Of a stretch of 64,000 nt of DNA, positions 39,891 to 50,751 are shown piece by piece. The DNA is taken from assembly GCA_965649765.1 (NCBI GenBank), contig OZ287750.1, positions 27,714,001 to 27,778,000 on the forward strand, in the 5' to 3' direction. The notes under the pieces were generated by a model, which did not search any database, was not told the origin of the DNA, and was given only the letters and a program-made list of their open reading frames with translations. A program made the translations under genes and the position numbers. Within the stretch, counting starts at the first letter, position 1. Every line of letters starts with the position of its first letter. Source of the stretch: Bispira polyomma (lineage: Eukaryota).

Positions 39891-40230
39891 CTTCTCTGTA
39901 TCTTCCAGAAATATCCTCAAAGAACTCATAGACTTGCTAAACCAGGATAGATCCCCTCTGGGGAACACCAGGCCCCAGCCCATTCTGGACACCAACATAC
40001 AGAGACATTTGACCCACTTTTCTCTCATTTCCCACGGATTCGGTTCCCCTGCCATCGTGGCCTCCATGACAGCAGTTCAGAACTATTTGACGGAGATGCT
40101 CAAACTACTGGATAAGAACTACCCCAACTCTCAGCCCTCACAAACTGGCAACTCTCTTACCAATAACAACTCCTCAGTAGACACTGGCACAAAGACTAGC
40201 AAAGATATCAAGGACGAGAACAGGAAGTGA
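4939..40230 (+). CDS. TFAP2: Transcription factor AP-2, whole gene model: join(4939..5277,8944..9399,24098..24149,25760..25958,[34012..34130 or 34198..34316],38173..38314,39909..40230), 542 aa
   Basis: All introns are GT-AG with compatible phases (0,0,1,2,1,2); the total is 1629 nt. AP-2 hallmarks: [89 protein letters not shown]. Confidence 0.95.
8199..8248. repeat. (TA)n microsatellite
   Basis: Direct reading. Confidence 0.9.
8944..9399 (+). CDS. TFAP2: AP-2 exon 2, Pro/His/Gln-rich activation region with PY motif
   Basis: tgtag|GAC CGG CGT GAC ... [16 protein letters not shown] ... GAG|GTAAGT. Confidence 0.95.
10805..11543. mobile_element. Foldback MITE with ~300-bp inverted arms (PIF/Harbinger-like termini), AP-2 intron 2
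   Basis: GTGAACGTTTCCATGCAGGCAACTTTCTGAGGCGACCAGCCGACGTATAACAGGCAATTTTTAATT at the left end is nearly the exact reverse complement of the right end. Superfamily tentative; TSD not clean. Confidence 0.85.
24098..24149 (+). CDS. TFAP2: AP-2 exon 3 (52 nt, [17 protein letters not shown])
   Basis: tttacag|ACT ... CGA G|GTTAGT. Resembles vertebrate DQ(T/S)VIKK and supplies the phase 0 to 1 change needed for exon 4. Not in the ORF track. Confidence 0.85.
25760..25958 (+). CDS. TFAP2: AP-2 exon 4, start of DNA-binding domain
   Basis: tttcag|GC ATG CGG ... [46 protein letters not shown] ... AG|GTAGGT. Confidence 0.96.
34012..34130 (+). CDS. TFAP2: AP-2 exon 5a (basic region, copy A): (R)[39 protein letters not shown](G)
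   Basis: ttttag|A GCC AAA ... GAA G|GTAAAT, 119 nt, phase 2 in and phase 1 out. Confidence 0.93.
34198..34316 (+). CDS. TFAP2: AP-2 exon 5b (basic region, copy B): (R)[39 protein letters not shown](G)
   Basis: ttgtag|G GCT AAA ... GAA G|GTGAGG, 119 nt, same phases as 5a, no stops. Confidence 0.92.
35418..35579. other. Assembly gap (N run) in AP-2 intron 5
   Basis: 162 consecutive N. Confidence 0.99.
36775..37820 (-). mobile_element. 5'-truncated L2/Crack-type (CR1 group) LINE, RT C-terminal half plus 3' tail
   Basis: [10 protein letters not shown] near 37775-37800; ORF 36922..37695 with [27 protein letters not shown]; tail ending in GATTA repeats. Confidence 0.93.
37883..38195 (+). repeat. 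Degenerate ~62-bp tandem repeat containing the exon-6 acceptor
   Basis: TGTGTTTGG anchor at 37883, 37945, 38006, 38069, 38159 (spacing 62, 61, 63, 63+27). Confidence 0.85.
38173..38314 (+). CDS. TFAP2: AP-2 exon 6, helix-span-helix: [48 protein letters not shown]
   Basis: gtccag|GT GAA GCA ... TCC AA|GTAAGC; matches vertebrate GEAVHLARDFGYVCETEFP. Confidence 0.95.
39819..39886. repeat. (TA)34 microsatellite
   Basis: Direct reading; ends 22 nt before the last AP-2 exon. Confidence 0.95.
39909..40230 (+). CDS. TFAP2: AP-2 last coding exon, dimerisation helix and C-terminus
   Basis: ttccag|A AAT ATC CTC ... [14 protein letters not shown]...[15 protein letters not shown]...QNYLTE...KDENRK TGA. 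Confidence 0.96.
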
Positions 40231-43070
40231 CGTCATCTCTCACACACCAAAGTGCTCTAGTTGTTTAATAATATTATTACCTTTTTTGTCTTTTCTTGTT
40301 TTTCTTCTTTTTTTTTTTACTTCTATCTAGTTGTAATTATTATTATTATTATTATAGAAAAACAAACAAGACTATGCTTAGTTGTTATTTATTACTTTTT
40401 CAAACACTATTGAAGTCACTATGAATATATATGCTAGCTAGTACAGTCAAACAATTAAATGATGTACATTGTTGTTGGTAGAACTTGCCAAAGAAGTGCA
40501 GATAGGCAATGTCTGGTTCTTGTTTGGACAATACAAGATTGAATATTTCCATATAGTACTTTTGTCCCTGTGTGTTGCCTTTCTGCAAACACAATTTCTG
40601 TTGTGTAATTATATTAAGTCAGAAACAAATATGTCTTACTGGCAGCAGACTGATTATGCATTGTCGAATGATCATCTTAGCAAACCAGGAAGTTGCAACT
40701 AATGTCAAATTCCACTGGTAAGAAAATCTGGGGATTTTTACCATGCCATTATGCAACAATGACAGTATCATTGTTTTTATCAAAGAAATATCTATCTAAG
40801 TGATAAATAACAAGAAATTTGTGTAAGAAATATGTATGCTCTGGCAGTATTTAATGCAAGTCCCTCTGTTTAGTAAATAGCGGCAGCGTAAATGCAATGC
40901 AAAAAGTTGTTCTGTTCTGAGATAGTACTGTTCCAATATATATTATACTCATTTATGTGCATGATTGTTCTTCCGTGCTTTACTTTCTGGCATTGTCATT
41001 TGTTGTCAATGTATGTTAACTACAGCCAATACATTTTGTAAGGTTTCTATCTATATGTATTTAATCCATTTCAGCATGGAACATTTTTCATTCACAATGT
41101 GTGTTGTATACATCATTACATATTACTATATATTGTAATGACATTTTAATGGCCTATCCTAGATACTGAAATATGTGCCAATAAATAGATGAGTAGCCAG
41201 GAAACACCTTTTATTGGCATGTTATCAATGACATTGTGGTAGAATATCTATAATTTACTGTAAAGGAATTAGCAATGCTATGCTAAGTATACATTGTCAG
41301 GAACGAGGAGATTGCTTACTATCGAAAGATTTGGAAATAGTAAGCAATATAGTAGTATCATGGTAGTCAGCAGCTGTTATTGATTCTAATTCTACAATTA
41401 CCACCTGTAAAAGTTCTGCATCTTAAACGTCTGAAATGAAGCATATTAGTAGGGGGTTTGCGTTTCCATTTAGGTCATTTCCCCTAAATTTTCTGTCAGT
41501 AAAAATAGTATGCTACTTGAACAAGGCCCATCTTGCAGATAAACTCAGGGTGTAAACAATTCTAATGTATGCTGTAGTCACTGTTTCCTCTGGACCTATA
41601 ATTACATATTTATAAGAGGCTGGAACTGGACTTGGGTTGACAATTAGGCTGTAATATTAAAAAAAGAAAATGATAAAAATAAATGTAGAAATTCCAGCAA
41701 TTGTCTATATTGTTCACAAAGTTTATGTGTAATTATAAAAGTTGTAAAGTAAGTCATACTGTAGACTACGTGTGCCAACCAAATGAGGAAGACATGTTGA
41801 GTCAACTGTATCAAATGTACTTTGCATCATTCCAGTTAATCAAAAGAGTCAAGTTTTGCTGTTGGTATATATATATGTATATCTATAGGTCTGATCATGG
41901 GACTGCAATCAATGTGTTCTCTTTATAATGTATGTGTAATCTTTGTTTTCTGTAGCAGAATATCAAAAGTTGTAAATACTTGTCTACAGTCTGTATATTT
42001 ACCTTTTTTTCTTATAACTTTTTATTATTGTGTGTGAAAAATACAAGTTGCAAATTATTTTTTAGCTTGCAAAGGCCATTTGTCATTGTCAATTGCAAAG
42101 GTGAATTCATGTTCGCTCATGGTGAATTATATGCATACTAAACACAGATCACAAATATCAATTTTGTTTTTACACCACAAAATCAATTGCAGGAAAACCT
42201 TCTGTTACTTGGTAACCTCTAAGTGTTGTAGTATTAAAAATACAAAGCAGGCAAAGCAGATTAAACATCTGCCTTGAGTTTCCGGATTTTCTTTCATAAG
42301 GCATATGATCTACAGTAACTACTGCATGTAAACTATTTAGTTAATTACTGAATGGTGTAATCATTCATAATTTGAAAAAAAAGTATTATCAGGTTCTGAG
42401 AGATGTGTGATCTGTGTTAAATACGTTTTGTAATAGACCATGTAAAGGTGTCACCTATTTCAATATTTAAAGTCTTATTGATATATGTACCTAAAACTTC
42501 TAAGTGATTATTTTCTTTTCATGCCTAATTTTTCATTTAACAAACCCCATATTCGTCAGAAAACTGTCAATAGATGAAACCAAGCCTTAAATTTGATTAT
42601 AGTGAGGCATCAATTTAATTGACTGTGTTATGTTTTACAATATTTATCCAAGTTTTTTATGAGTCTAAAAATATAGTCCTGATATGGTTTGTACAGACAG
42701 CAGAAATAGTATGTACATTATGCACTATTTATTCTTCCATCAGAGTCTACTTTGTTCATATTAACATTGTATTTGTTTGTGGTTGGCATAAACTTTTTAA
42801 AAGTTGCAGTATTAGAACAATAAGAAACATATAACAAAGAAGTATAGCAGCATTTTTAGGTTATGCAATATAATTACTATTTAATTAAGCAAAACAAGTC
42901 TAGAAATATAGCCCTTGAATGGAATATTCCCCATTCATTCTTTTCTCTAGTCGTCAATGATAATTTTATACACATGGGTATATATTAAATTGTATTATAT
43001 AAACTGTTCTAAATATTGTCTACATTTAAATGTATGTAAAAAAGTAATAAAACTTATGAAATACCAATTG
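40231..43070 (+). other. Probable long AP-2 3' UTR, candidate polyA signal AATAAA at 43046-43051
   Basis: AU-rich, apparently repeat-free stretch after the stop codon. Other AATAAA hexamers lie upstream, so the end point is uncertain. Confidence 0.4.
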
Positions 43071-43369
43071 CCTTTTTTGATTAATACATATTAAGAAACC
43101 ATATTAGTCTCACATAAAAGAGTTGTTGGAAAGATTAATTGGTCTGATTTGTGCAGATTACAGATTAAATATTTATTTTACATACACAGGAAAAAACATA
43201 TTTGGCAGTAACTAAAATACAACAGCATTAATTGATGGTGTTTTTATCCTAATCCACTGTCACAAATTGATGGTTTAACCTTAATCCGTTGTGATAACTG
43301 TGTTGCATTAGGAGTCCTAGTCGGAAGTATAACATGCCAGCGTGTTACATATTCACTTGTAAGACCTTC

Positions 43370-44330
43370 ACAAAACTCGTTCTGTTTTGGGCCCTCTGTT
43401 GTTCTCATTATACACTGCCCCTCTCAGATTGGTTATTGGCAAATACACAGGTATTAAGTTTCATTTTTATGCAGATGATACCCAAATTTATGTGCACCTA
43501 TCCCATAAGAACACATCTACTGCCTTTGAATAGTTGAACAGGGTCCTTGACGATGTGAAAGAGTGGATGTCAACTGGTAAACTCAAACTTAATCCCGACA
43601 AGACTGAGTTCATTATCTTTGGCTCAAAACAACAGAGGGATAAGTTGAAAGCATTGTTTCCAGTTGACATCCTGGGTAGCCCTTTCAGCCCAGCTGATTA
43701 TGTCAAAAACCTGGGTGTATGGTTTGACTCTGACTTTTCTTTCTCTAAACACGTTCAGAGTGTCTGCAAAAGCTGTTTTGTGCAACTCCGGGACTTTAGA
43801 CGTGTCAGGCGGTTTCTCACTTATGATGCTTCTATACTTGTGGCCAATGCTTTTGTCAGTAGTAGACTGGATTACTGCAATTCACTTTTCAGGAGTCCCT
43901 CGAAGTTTAATTTACGTAAATTACAATGTATTCAAAATAGTGCAGCTAGAATTGTGTCAAACACCAGTCGATACACCAGTATAACTCCTGTTCTTAAGAA
44001 ATTGCATTGGCTCCTTGTTGAACAGTGTTCAGTGTTTAAGACAGCTACACTTGTTTATAAGTTTCTTCACACTGGGTTTCCAAAGTATTTTGCCCCATAT
44101 CTTTCCACTTACAGTAGTTCCTGTAATACCAGACGTAATCAGAGTGGTAGTAATTTCCTTGTTGTTCCGAAGTTCCACCCATCTACTTAAAAGTCGGTTA
44201 AACAGTTTGGTCACAGCTTTGCATTTGATGCTTCTATTGTTTGGAATGCTCTTCCTGATGTGATTCGTGCTTCCCCCTCACTAGCCTGTTTTAGAAAGCC
44301 AATTAAAACCCACTTGTACACTAAAGCATA
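43370..44330 (+). mobile_element. 5'-truncated, degenerate L2/Crack-type LINE RT fragment
   Basis: [29 protein letters not shown] 43534..44190 LKLNPDKTE...RLDYCNSL...LHWL; in-frame stops. Confidence 0.92.
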
Positions 44331-45524
44331 CCTCAGTGCTTTATTTTGAGTCCTATACTTTCTAGAAGGCTCTTGAAACTGAATAATGATGAAAAGAATA
44401 TTCCCTAGTTTCTTTCTTCCGATTATCAGTAACTTTTGTCAAGTTGCTGAAATATATAGAATACCAATACAGTATAGATCAGTCCAGTGTAGATTGAATT
44501 AAATTTGGGTTTAATGTCTTTTTGAACACTGTTGTATCATATTGTGACGGGCAATTCATTGGTTGAGGAAATCAGAACAGGGTACTTGGTCATGGTTTTC
44601 TGCTCTGCAAACCACCAGCCTTTAGCAAGGATATTGCAAAGATACCAATAAAGAGTAGATTATTAAATGTTGATGCCATCCATGACAAAGGTAATACAAT
44701 ACCACATAAATTTTAATAGATATCTCAATTCTGCTCAGATCCTGGACACTTTATAGATCCACATTGGATTTATCTGACAACTGTGGTATTAAAGAAATTT
44801 GTCTGACATTTGTGTTTATAAAACATGCTTTCTTAGACAGGATATAACTACAAACTTTGAAACTCTATGAATCAATTTCAGTTTATCTGGCAACATCCTA
44901 AACCACTGTGTCTTACAGTTAACATATTTGCAAACTATAGCGAGGCAATTAGTAAACCTTTCCGAAATACATTATAAGTGTGTACAACCGTTCAAATTCT
45001 GTGTGAGGCAAATACGAGGTGGGAAAACTGTATTCAAGGCAATATATATCTACAAAATATGATTAAAATGTCAGTAAAATTGAACAAAATAACACTTAGT
45101 AGTGGTACAGGTAGTCTCTTGTCTGTGAAAGCTAAGAAACAGCTCTTCGCGCTAAGCACCACACTCACCGTTCTCCACGTTTAGCTTCACACTAGTCTGC
45201 AAACTACTTTAGTGATGTTGCTTTTAGGTGTTATTTCATTATAATGACATACCGGTCCTATTTGGTATGCATTATTATAAATATTTCGACATGCCTGTGG
45301 GATAGCTAATTTACTATAAATAAAAAAAATAAAAACAATATTATTGTTTCACAGGACTCCTGCAGTTATCCAGTAAACCTCAAGTCATGACTTTTACTAC
45401 AAGTATAAGTGTGCATTTTTTAGTAATTAACTGCACCAAGGTCATCAGTTATTCACAGTTCTTTCATTTTGCATAGTGGAACCACCATTTAATATACTAA
45501 AAACTCCTCATTCTTTATTACCCA

Positions 45525-45950
45525 ACTATTACTTGTCAGGTATAGGTGGGTCTCTTTAAATGAGAGAACTGTACATGGTGTATTGTTACTTGTCAGATAT
45601 GTGTGGGTTCCCTTAGACTGGGAGGACTGTACATGCTGTATTGTTACTTGTCAGGTAGAGGTGTGTTCTCTTTAACTGGGAGTACTGTACATGCTGTATT
45701 TTTACTTCTCAGGTATGGGTGGGTTATCTTAGACTTGGAGGACTGTACATGATGTATTGTTACCTGTCAGGTAAAGGTGGGTTCTCTTTAACCGGGAGGA
45801 CTGTACATGTTATATTGTTACTCGTCAGTTATATGTGGGTTTCCTTAGACTAGGAAGACTGTACATGATGTATTTTTACTTGTCAGGTATAAGTGGGTTC
45901 TCTTAAACTGGGAGGACTGTACATGTTGTATTGTTACTTGTCAGGTAGAG
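45525..45950. repeat. ~58-bp minisatellite, ~7.5 copies
   Basis: Unit approx GTATTGTTACTTGTCAGGTATAGGTGGGTTCTCTTTAACTGGGAGGACTGTACATGCT. Confidence 0.92.
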
Positions 45951-47139
45951 GTCAAAACTGTCATTTGTCTGATAATGATTACATTTTTAAGTCTGCAAAT
46001 AGCTAGAGGACCTGTGAAGGCAGATTTTTGGGTTTCACAAGTGATAATTATAAGTTGTCACTCTATTGTTTTATACACATTAAATTACAAATTGGGTGAT
46101 AGAAAACATAAGAGGTCTTGTGTTTGAATAGATAACTTAAGTCATATTGGAATGTCTCCACAGAAAACAAAAAAAGTATACACACAAGCCATAAATATTC
46201 AATAACAACCATCGTTTAAAAAAACATTTTACATATGTGATTAAAATCTTAAAGCCTACTTCTGGGTATTGTTAAGAAAAATGTTATTCTTACTGTGTAT
46301 TGAAAATCTGGGTGTATTGTAGGTGGCTGTGGTAAAACTGTAAGCAGTCACCACGGTTCAGTGATGTGCTCTGATAGGCTGAGATAACCCCTACTGCTAC
46401 AAGAACAGATTTACCCATTAACCCAGTATATACAACATGACTACACTACCACAGCTCTATTCATTGTCGATATACAAATCACATGAAAAGTCTGCAATGG
46501 CACAGGATATAATACAATAGTTACCCAGTATTAAATTACACCTGGGTTCTTCCCATTGGAAAAAAAAGTGTTAACTATTTTGGAAGAGTGTACACTTTTT
46601 CATGTCAATAAAAGAACTGTAAAATAAAAGTCTGTTTTGCCAAAGAAAAGGGAACATTTAATCTTAACCTATAATTAATTTGTGTATTCTTAACAACTCT
46701 TTCATTTGTATTTTCCCCAGTTTAGGCCATCTCAACTCATATCAGTGTTTCCCAAAACGTAAATACAATATACAAAAGTTACAAGTGTGATATATAATAA
46801 ATTGTTGTTAAAGTTACTCAGTCTGTACATATATATGTATATCTTGTATTGTATTGTAGCATATCAGGATCAATAAACCATTAATCAAGATTATAATACA
46901 TATATAGCCAATTGGTTGTCACCAGTAGTGTAGGCAATGGCGTGTTCATATCTTGCCCAATGATGTTAATATCCTCTAATAATCATAATGGTTATACCAG
47001 GAATCCAACCAGAGACCCTATGATCACCAAACTAACTCCCTGACCATTCTGGAGTGTTAGTTGTATAGGTATGCCTGGCGTATACATATACACTGTTACA
47101 CCCTGAGACAACTTTTAATATGTTGCAAATACTGTAATG

Positions 47140-47450
47140 GCACTTAATCTCCGTACTAGAGGATTCTAAGGTGCAAAAAATCAGAATTGTTATTCAGTAA
47201 TTATGTTATGGTGGACTGAAAAGAGGATGTTACCACCGATGGAGTCTGTGATGGTAAGACTGTGTCAGAAGGGATAACCTTTTTAATAGAGATGGATCTT
47301 GTAAGGTGAAAGTGAAGGTGAGCATCTAATATCTTGTGGTATATGTCACTCCATAACCAGGGTGAAGCTTTTGAAAAACTATGATTGAAATAGACTTTTA
47401 ATCTGTGTATGCTGCGATCAAAGGTATGTCTACTTCTTGCCACAAACTTC
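47140..47450 (-). mobile_element. L2-type LINE 3' remnant
   Basis: TFDRSIHRLKVYFNHSFSKASPWLWSD aligns with [27 protein letters not shown] of the 36.9-kb copy; shared tail motif TTAATCT...ATTCTAAGG. Confidence 0.75.
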
Positions 47451-48264
47451 TTGGTGAGATGTTTAGAGTACTAAAGACTTTCTGATCTTGTCTACACTGC
47501 TAAAAAGATCTTCCCTTCCAACTTGAGCAATATGTTGTTGGCAAGTTGAGTTATTTGGAGATTTTTTATGCACTCCATACACAGGTGAACATTGTATGGC
47601 AATCCCCTGTAGCTTCATTCACACATTAGCATATACAGTCAATATTCAAGGCCAAATCAGCTGGACTCTATCTTAATATACAATAGAAACTTTCATGTGT
47701 ACAAAGTTACAACTCAAATCCAGCAGTTTTTTGGTGTTGATGTATTAAGTATTATTTTCACAAGAGAGATAACAGTTATTTCTGCTATCTGTAGAGTGCA
47801 GTATGTAAAGGTGAAAGTTCAGTGCTCAACTTTTCTCCACTGGTTTCTGTTTATTATACATATATGTATGTGATGTGTACCCATGTACTGATTTTACACT
47901 CCATGTAAACTTTTCTGTTATTAGTGTGCATTCAGAAAACCTGTTTGTTTTAACTTAATGCTCTACTGATGCTTCGCATTACAGTGTATGTTTAGTACAC
48001 ACATGTCATGCACACATAACCAACCAGTACACAGGTGTCAGAAAGTAGAGGATTTTAACCCAACTGAGATTACTTACCATTTGAACATATACAGTCACAG
48101 TCAGATACAGTCAAATACAATCAAATTAAAGAGTGTCAGTATGGACATCTCCTTCAGCATGCTCTGCAATGGTGTGCTATTTATTATTCAATAAATTGGA
48201 TTTTTTGTGTGGAGGTTCATGTCAGCTGTTTATAACAAGAAATATAATTTTTTAATTCATAGTA

Positions 48265-48545
48265 TCACATAATTGCAATGAGTGCATGGGAACATGCACT
48301 GGTGTGCACAGAATGATAATTTACCACAAGTTAGTGGTAGAGTTGTGTAGTGTTAATAAAACCAGGTAAAGCTTTCTAATGATAAAAACCTCGCTTCTCG
48401 TTACTTTCTGATATACATAATTGCATGAGAACACACACTGTCTGTACACAATGGTTGGACCATGGTACAGTTATAATGTTAATAAAGCCATGTTTACGAG
48501 CTTTCTAAAGATGGAAACCTACACTTCCTTTAACTTTCTGATATC
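48265..48545. repeat. Diverged tandem duplication of a ~130-140-bp unit
   Basis: TGTTAATAAA..CCA..AGCTTTCTAA..AAACCT..CTTC..ACTTTCTGATAT occurs twice. Confidence 0.65.
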
Positions 48546-48734
48546 AAGGGTGCTTTTTAATTTGTAATAAATGTGAATAACCAACCACTCAGCCTTTTTA
48601 CCTCTCCCTCTTTTAAACATGTCTCAAATTATGGCACAGTTATTACTTGCTCAATATGCATAGTACCTCTTAACTGTGATGTCTCTCTGTAATACCAAAC
48701 TATCTCATCTCGAGCTCCACATAAATACACCTTA

Positions 48735-50155
48735 TAAACTTATGTTTACACTTAAAACAACTATGTCCTAACCTTTAGTAATGTTCGCACTTACAACAAC
48801 TATATCTCCTAACCTTACTTATTTTCAGACTTATAACAACTATGTCCTAACCTTACTTATTTTCAGACTTATAACAACTATGTCCTAACCTTACTTACAT
48901 TTCACTCTTATAACAACTATGTCCTAACCTTACTTACATTTCACTCTTATAACAACTATGTCCTAACCTTACTCGCCTTTCACTCTTATAAGAACTATGT
49001 CCTAACCTTACTTACATTTCACTCTTATAACAACTATGTCCTAACCTTACTTACATTTCACTCTTATAACAACTATATGTCCTAACCTTACTTATTTTCA
49101 GACTTATAACAACTATGTCCTAACCTTACTTACATTTCACTCTTACAACAACTATGTCCTAACCTTACTTACATTTCACTCTTATAACAACTATGTCCTA
49201 ACCTTACTTACATTTCACTCTTATAACAACTATGTCCTAACCTTACTTACATTTCACTGTTATAACAACTATGTCCTAACCTTATTTACATTTTACTCTT
49301 ATAATAACTATGTCCTAACCTTACTTACATTTCACTCTTATAACAACTATATGTCCTAACCTTACTTGCCTTTCACTCTTATAAGAACTATGTCCTAACC
49401 TTACTTACATTTCACTCTTATAACAACTATGTCCTAACCTTACTCGCCTTTCACTCTTATAAGAACTATGTCCTAACCTTACTTACATTTCACTCTTATA
49501 ACAACTATCTGTCCTAACCTTACTTACATTTCACTCTTATAACAACTATATGTCCTAACCTTACGTATTTTCAGACTTATAACAACTATGTCCTAATCTT
49601 ACTTACATTTCACTCTTACAACAACTATGTCCTAACCTTACTTACATTTCACTGTTATAACAACTATGTCCTAACCTTACTTACATTTCACTCTTATAAC
49701 AACTATGTCCTAACCTTACTCGCCTTTCACTCTTATAACAACTATGTCCTAACCTTACTTACATTTCACTCTTATAACAAGTATGTCCTAACCTTATTTA
49801 CATTTTACTCTTATAACAACTATGTCCTAACTTTACTTGCCTTTCACTCTTATAACAACTATGTCCTAACCTTACTTGCCTTTCACTCTTATAACAACTA
49901 TGTCCTAACCTTACTTACATTTCAATCTTATAACAACTATGTCCTAACCTTACTTACATTTCACTGTTATAACAACTATGTCCTAACCTTATTTACATTT
50001 TACTCTTATAACAACTATGTCCTAACCTTACTTGCCTTTCACTCTTATAATAACTATGTCCTAACCTTACTTACATTTCATTCTTATAACAACTATATGT
50101 CCTAACCTTACTTGCCTTTCACTCTTATAACAGCTATGTCTTAACCTTACTTAAT
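48735..50155. repeat. 39-bp minisatellite, ~36 copies
   Basis: Unit AACAACTATGTCCTAACCTTACTTACATTTCACTCTTAT with interspersed variants. Confidence 0.97.
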
Positions 50156-50739
50156 TTCTCTTTATGAAAAGCTAACCATACCTACCGTATCAATGAGTAT
50201 TGCTTAAAAATCACCAAAATACACTCACTAGATATACAACATAAAAGCCTATTGATTAGAATTTACTAATACATCAGATGGCTTCTCTTGGGATATTAAA
50301 ATGTCTTGAAACACACAAAGAGTAGATTTTTTTACCAATATTGTTTGTGCAAAGAGCATATTTGTTTTTACCAATATTGTTTGTGCCTGTTGTTGGTCAG
50401 ACATATTCAGGTGCTGCCATCTATGTGTACAAGAGGGTCATGGTAAAAAAAGCTATTCAGCCAATCAAAACCTCTGACACAGAGCCGAAAATCAAGTCGA
50501 AGGCAGTCCGCTGAAGGGAAAATGATTGATAGATCGTCTAGATGCTATGCCCTGTAGTGACACCTACCGACAGAAAAACTAAAAACCACAATGTCCTCGG
50601 ACAAACTAGCTTTAGGGTGTTTTGAAAGAGGATATTGTGGAGAAAAATCATACATGGGAACAAAATGAATGAACCAAAGCAAGTGAATTGCAATTTAACC
50701 CATCAGAAAATCTCCAAATTTTTAAAGTTATGTTTTGTT

Positions 50740-50751
50740 ATGGATTTCAAG
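50740..50751 (+). CDS. DPEP: DPEP first coding exon (MDFK; possible upstream in-frame ATG at 50665)
   Basis: ATG GAT TTC AAG|GTATGG, phase 0, completes a signal peptide with the next exon. Confidence 0.6.

Noticed and set aside
40231-43050. miRNA seed and Pumilio matches in the 3' UTR (e.g. CAGTATT ~40845, TGTAAATA ~41971)
   Set aside because: Short matches are expected by chance in ~3 kb of AU-rich sequence; conservation data would be needed.
36775-44330. Oppositely oriented L2 copies flanking the last AP-2 exons as a pairing/circularisation device
   Set aside because: The copies are substantially diverged, and the second probably lies beyond the polyA site.
48735-50155. Regular 39-bp array as a CRISPR
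   Set aside because: No unique spacers, eukaryotic context, no cas genes; it is a plain minisatellite.
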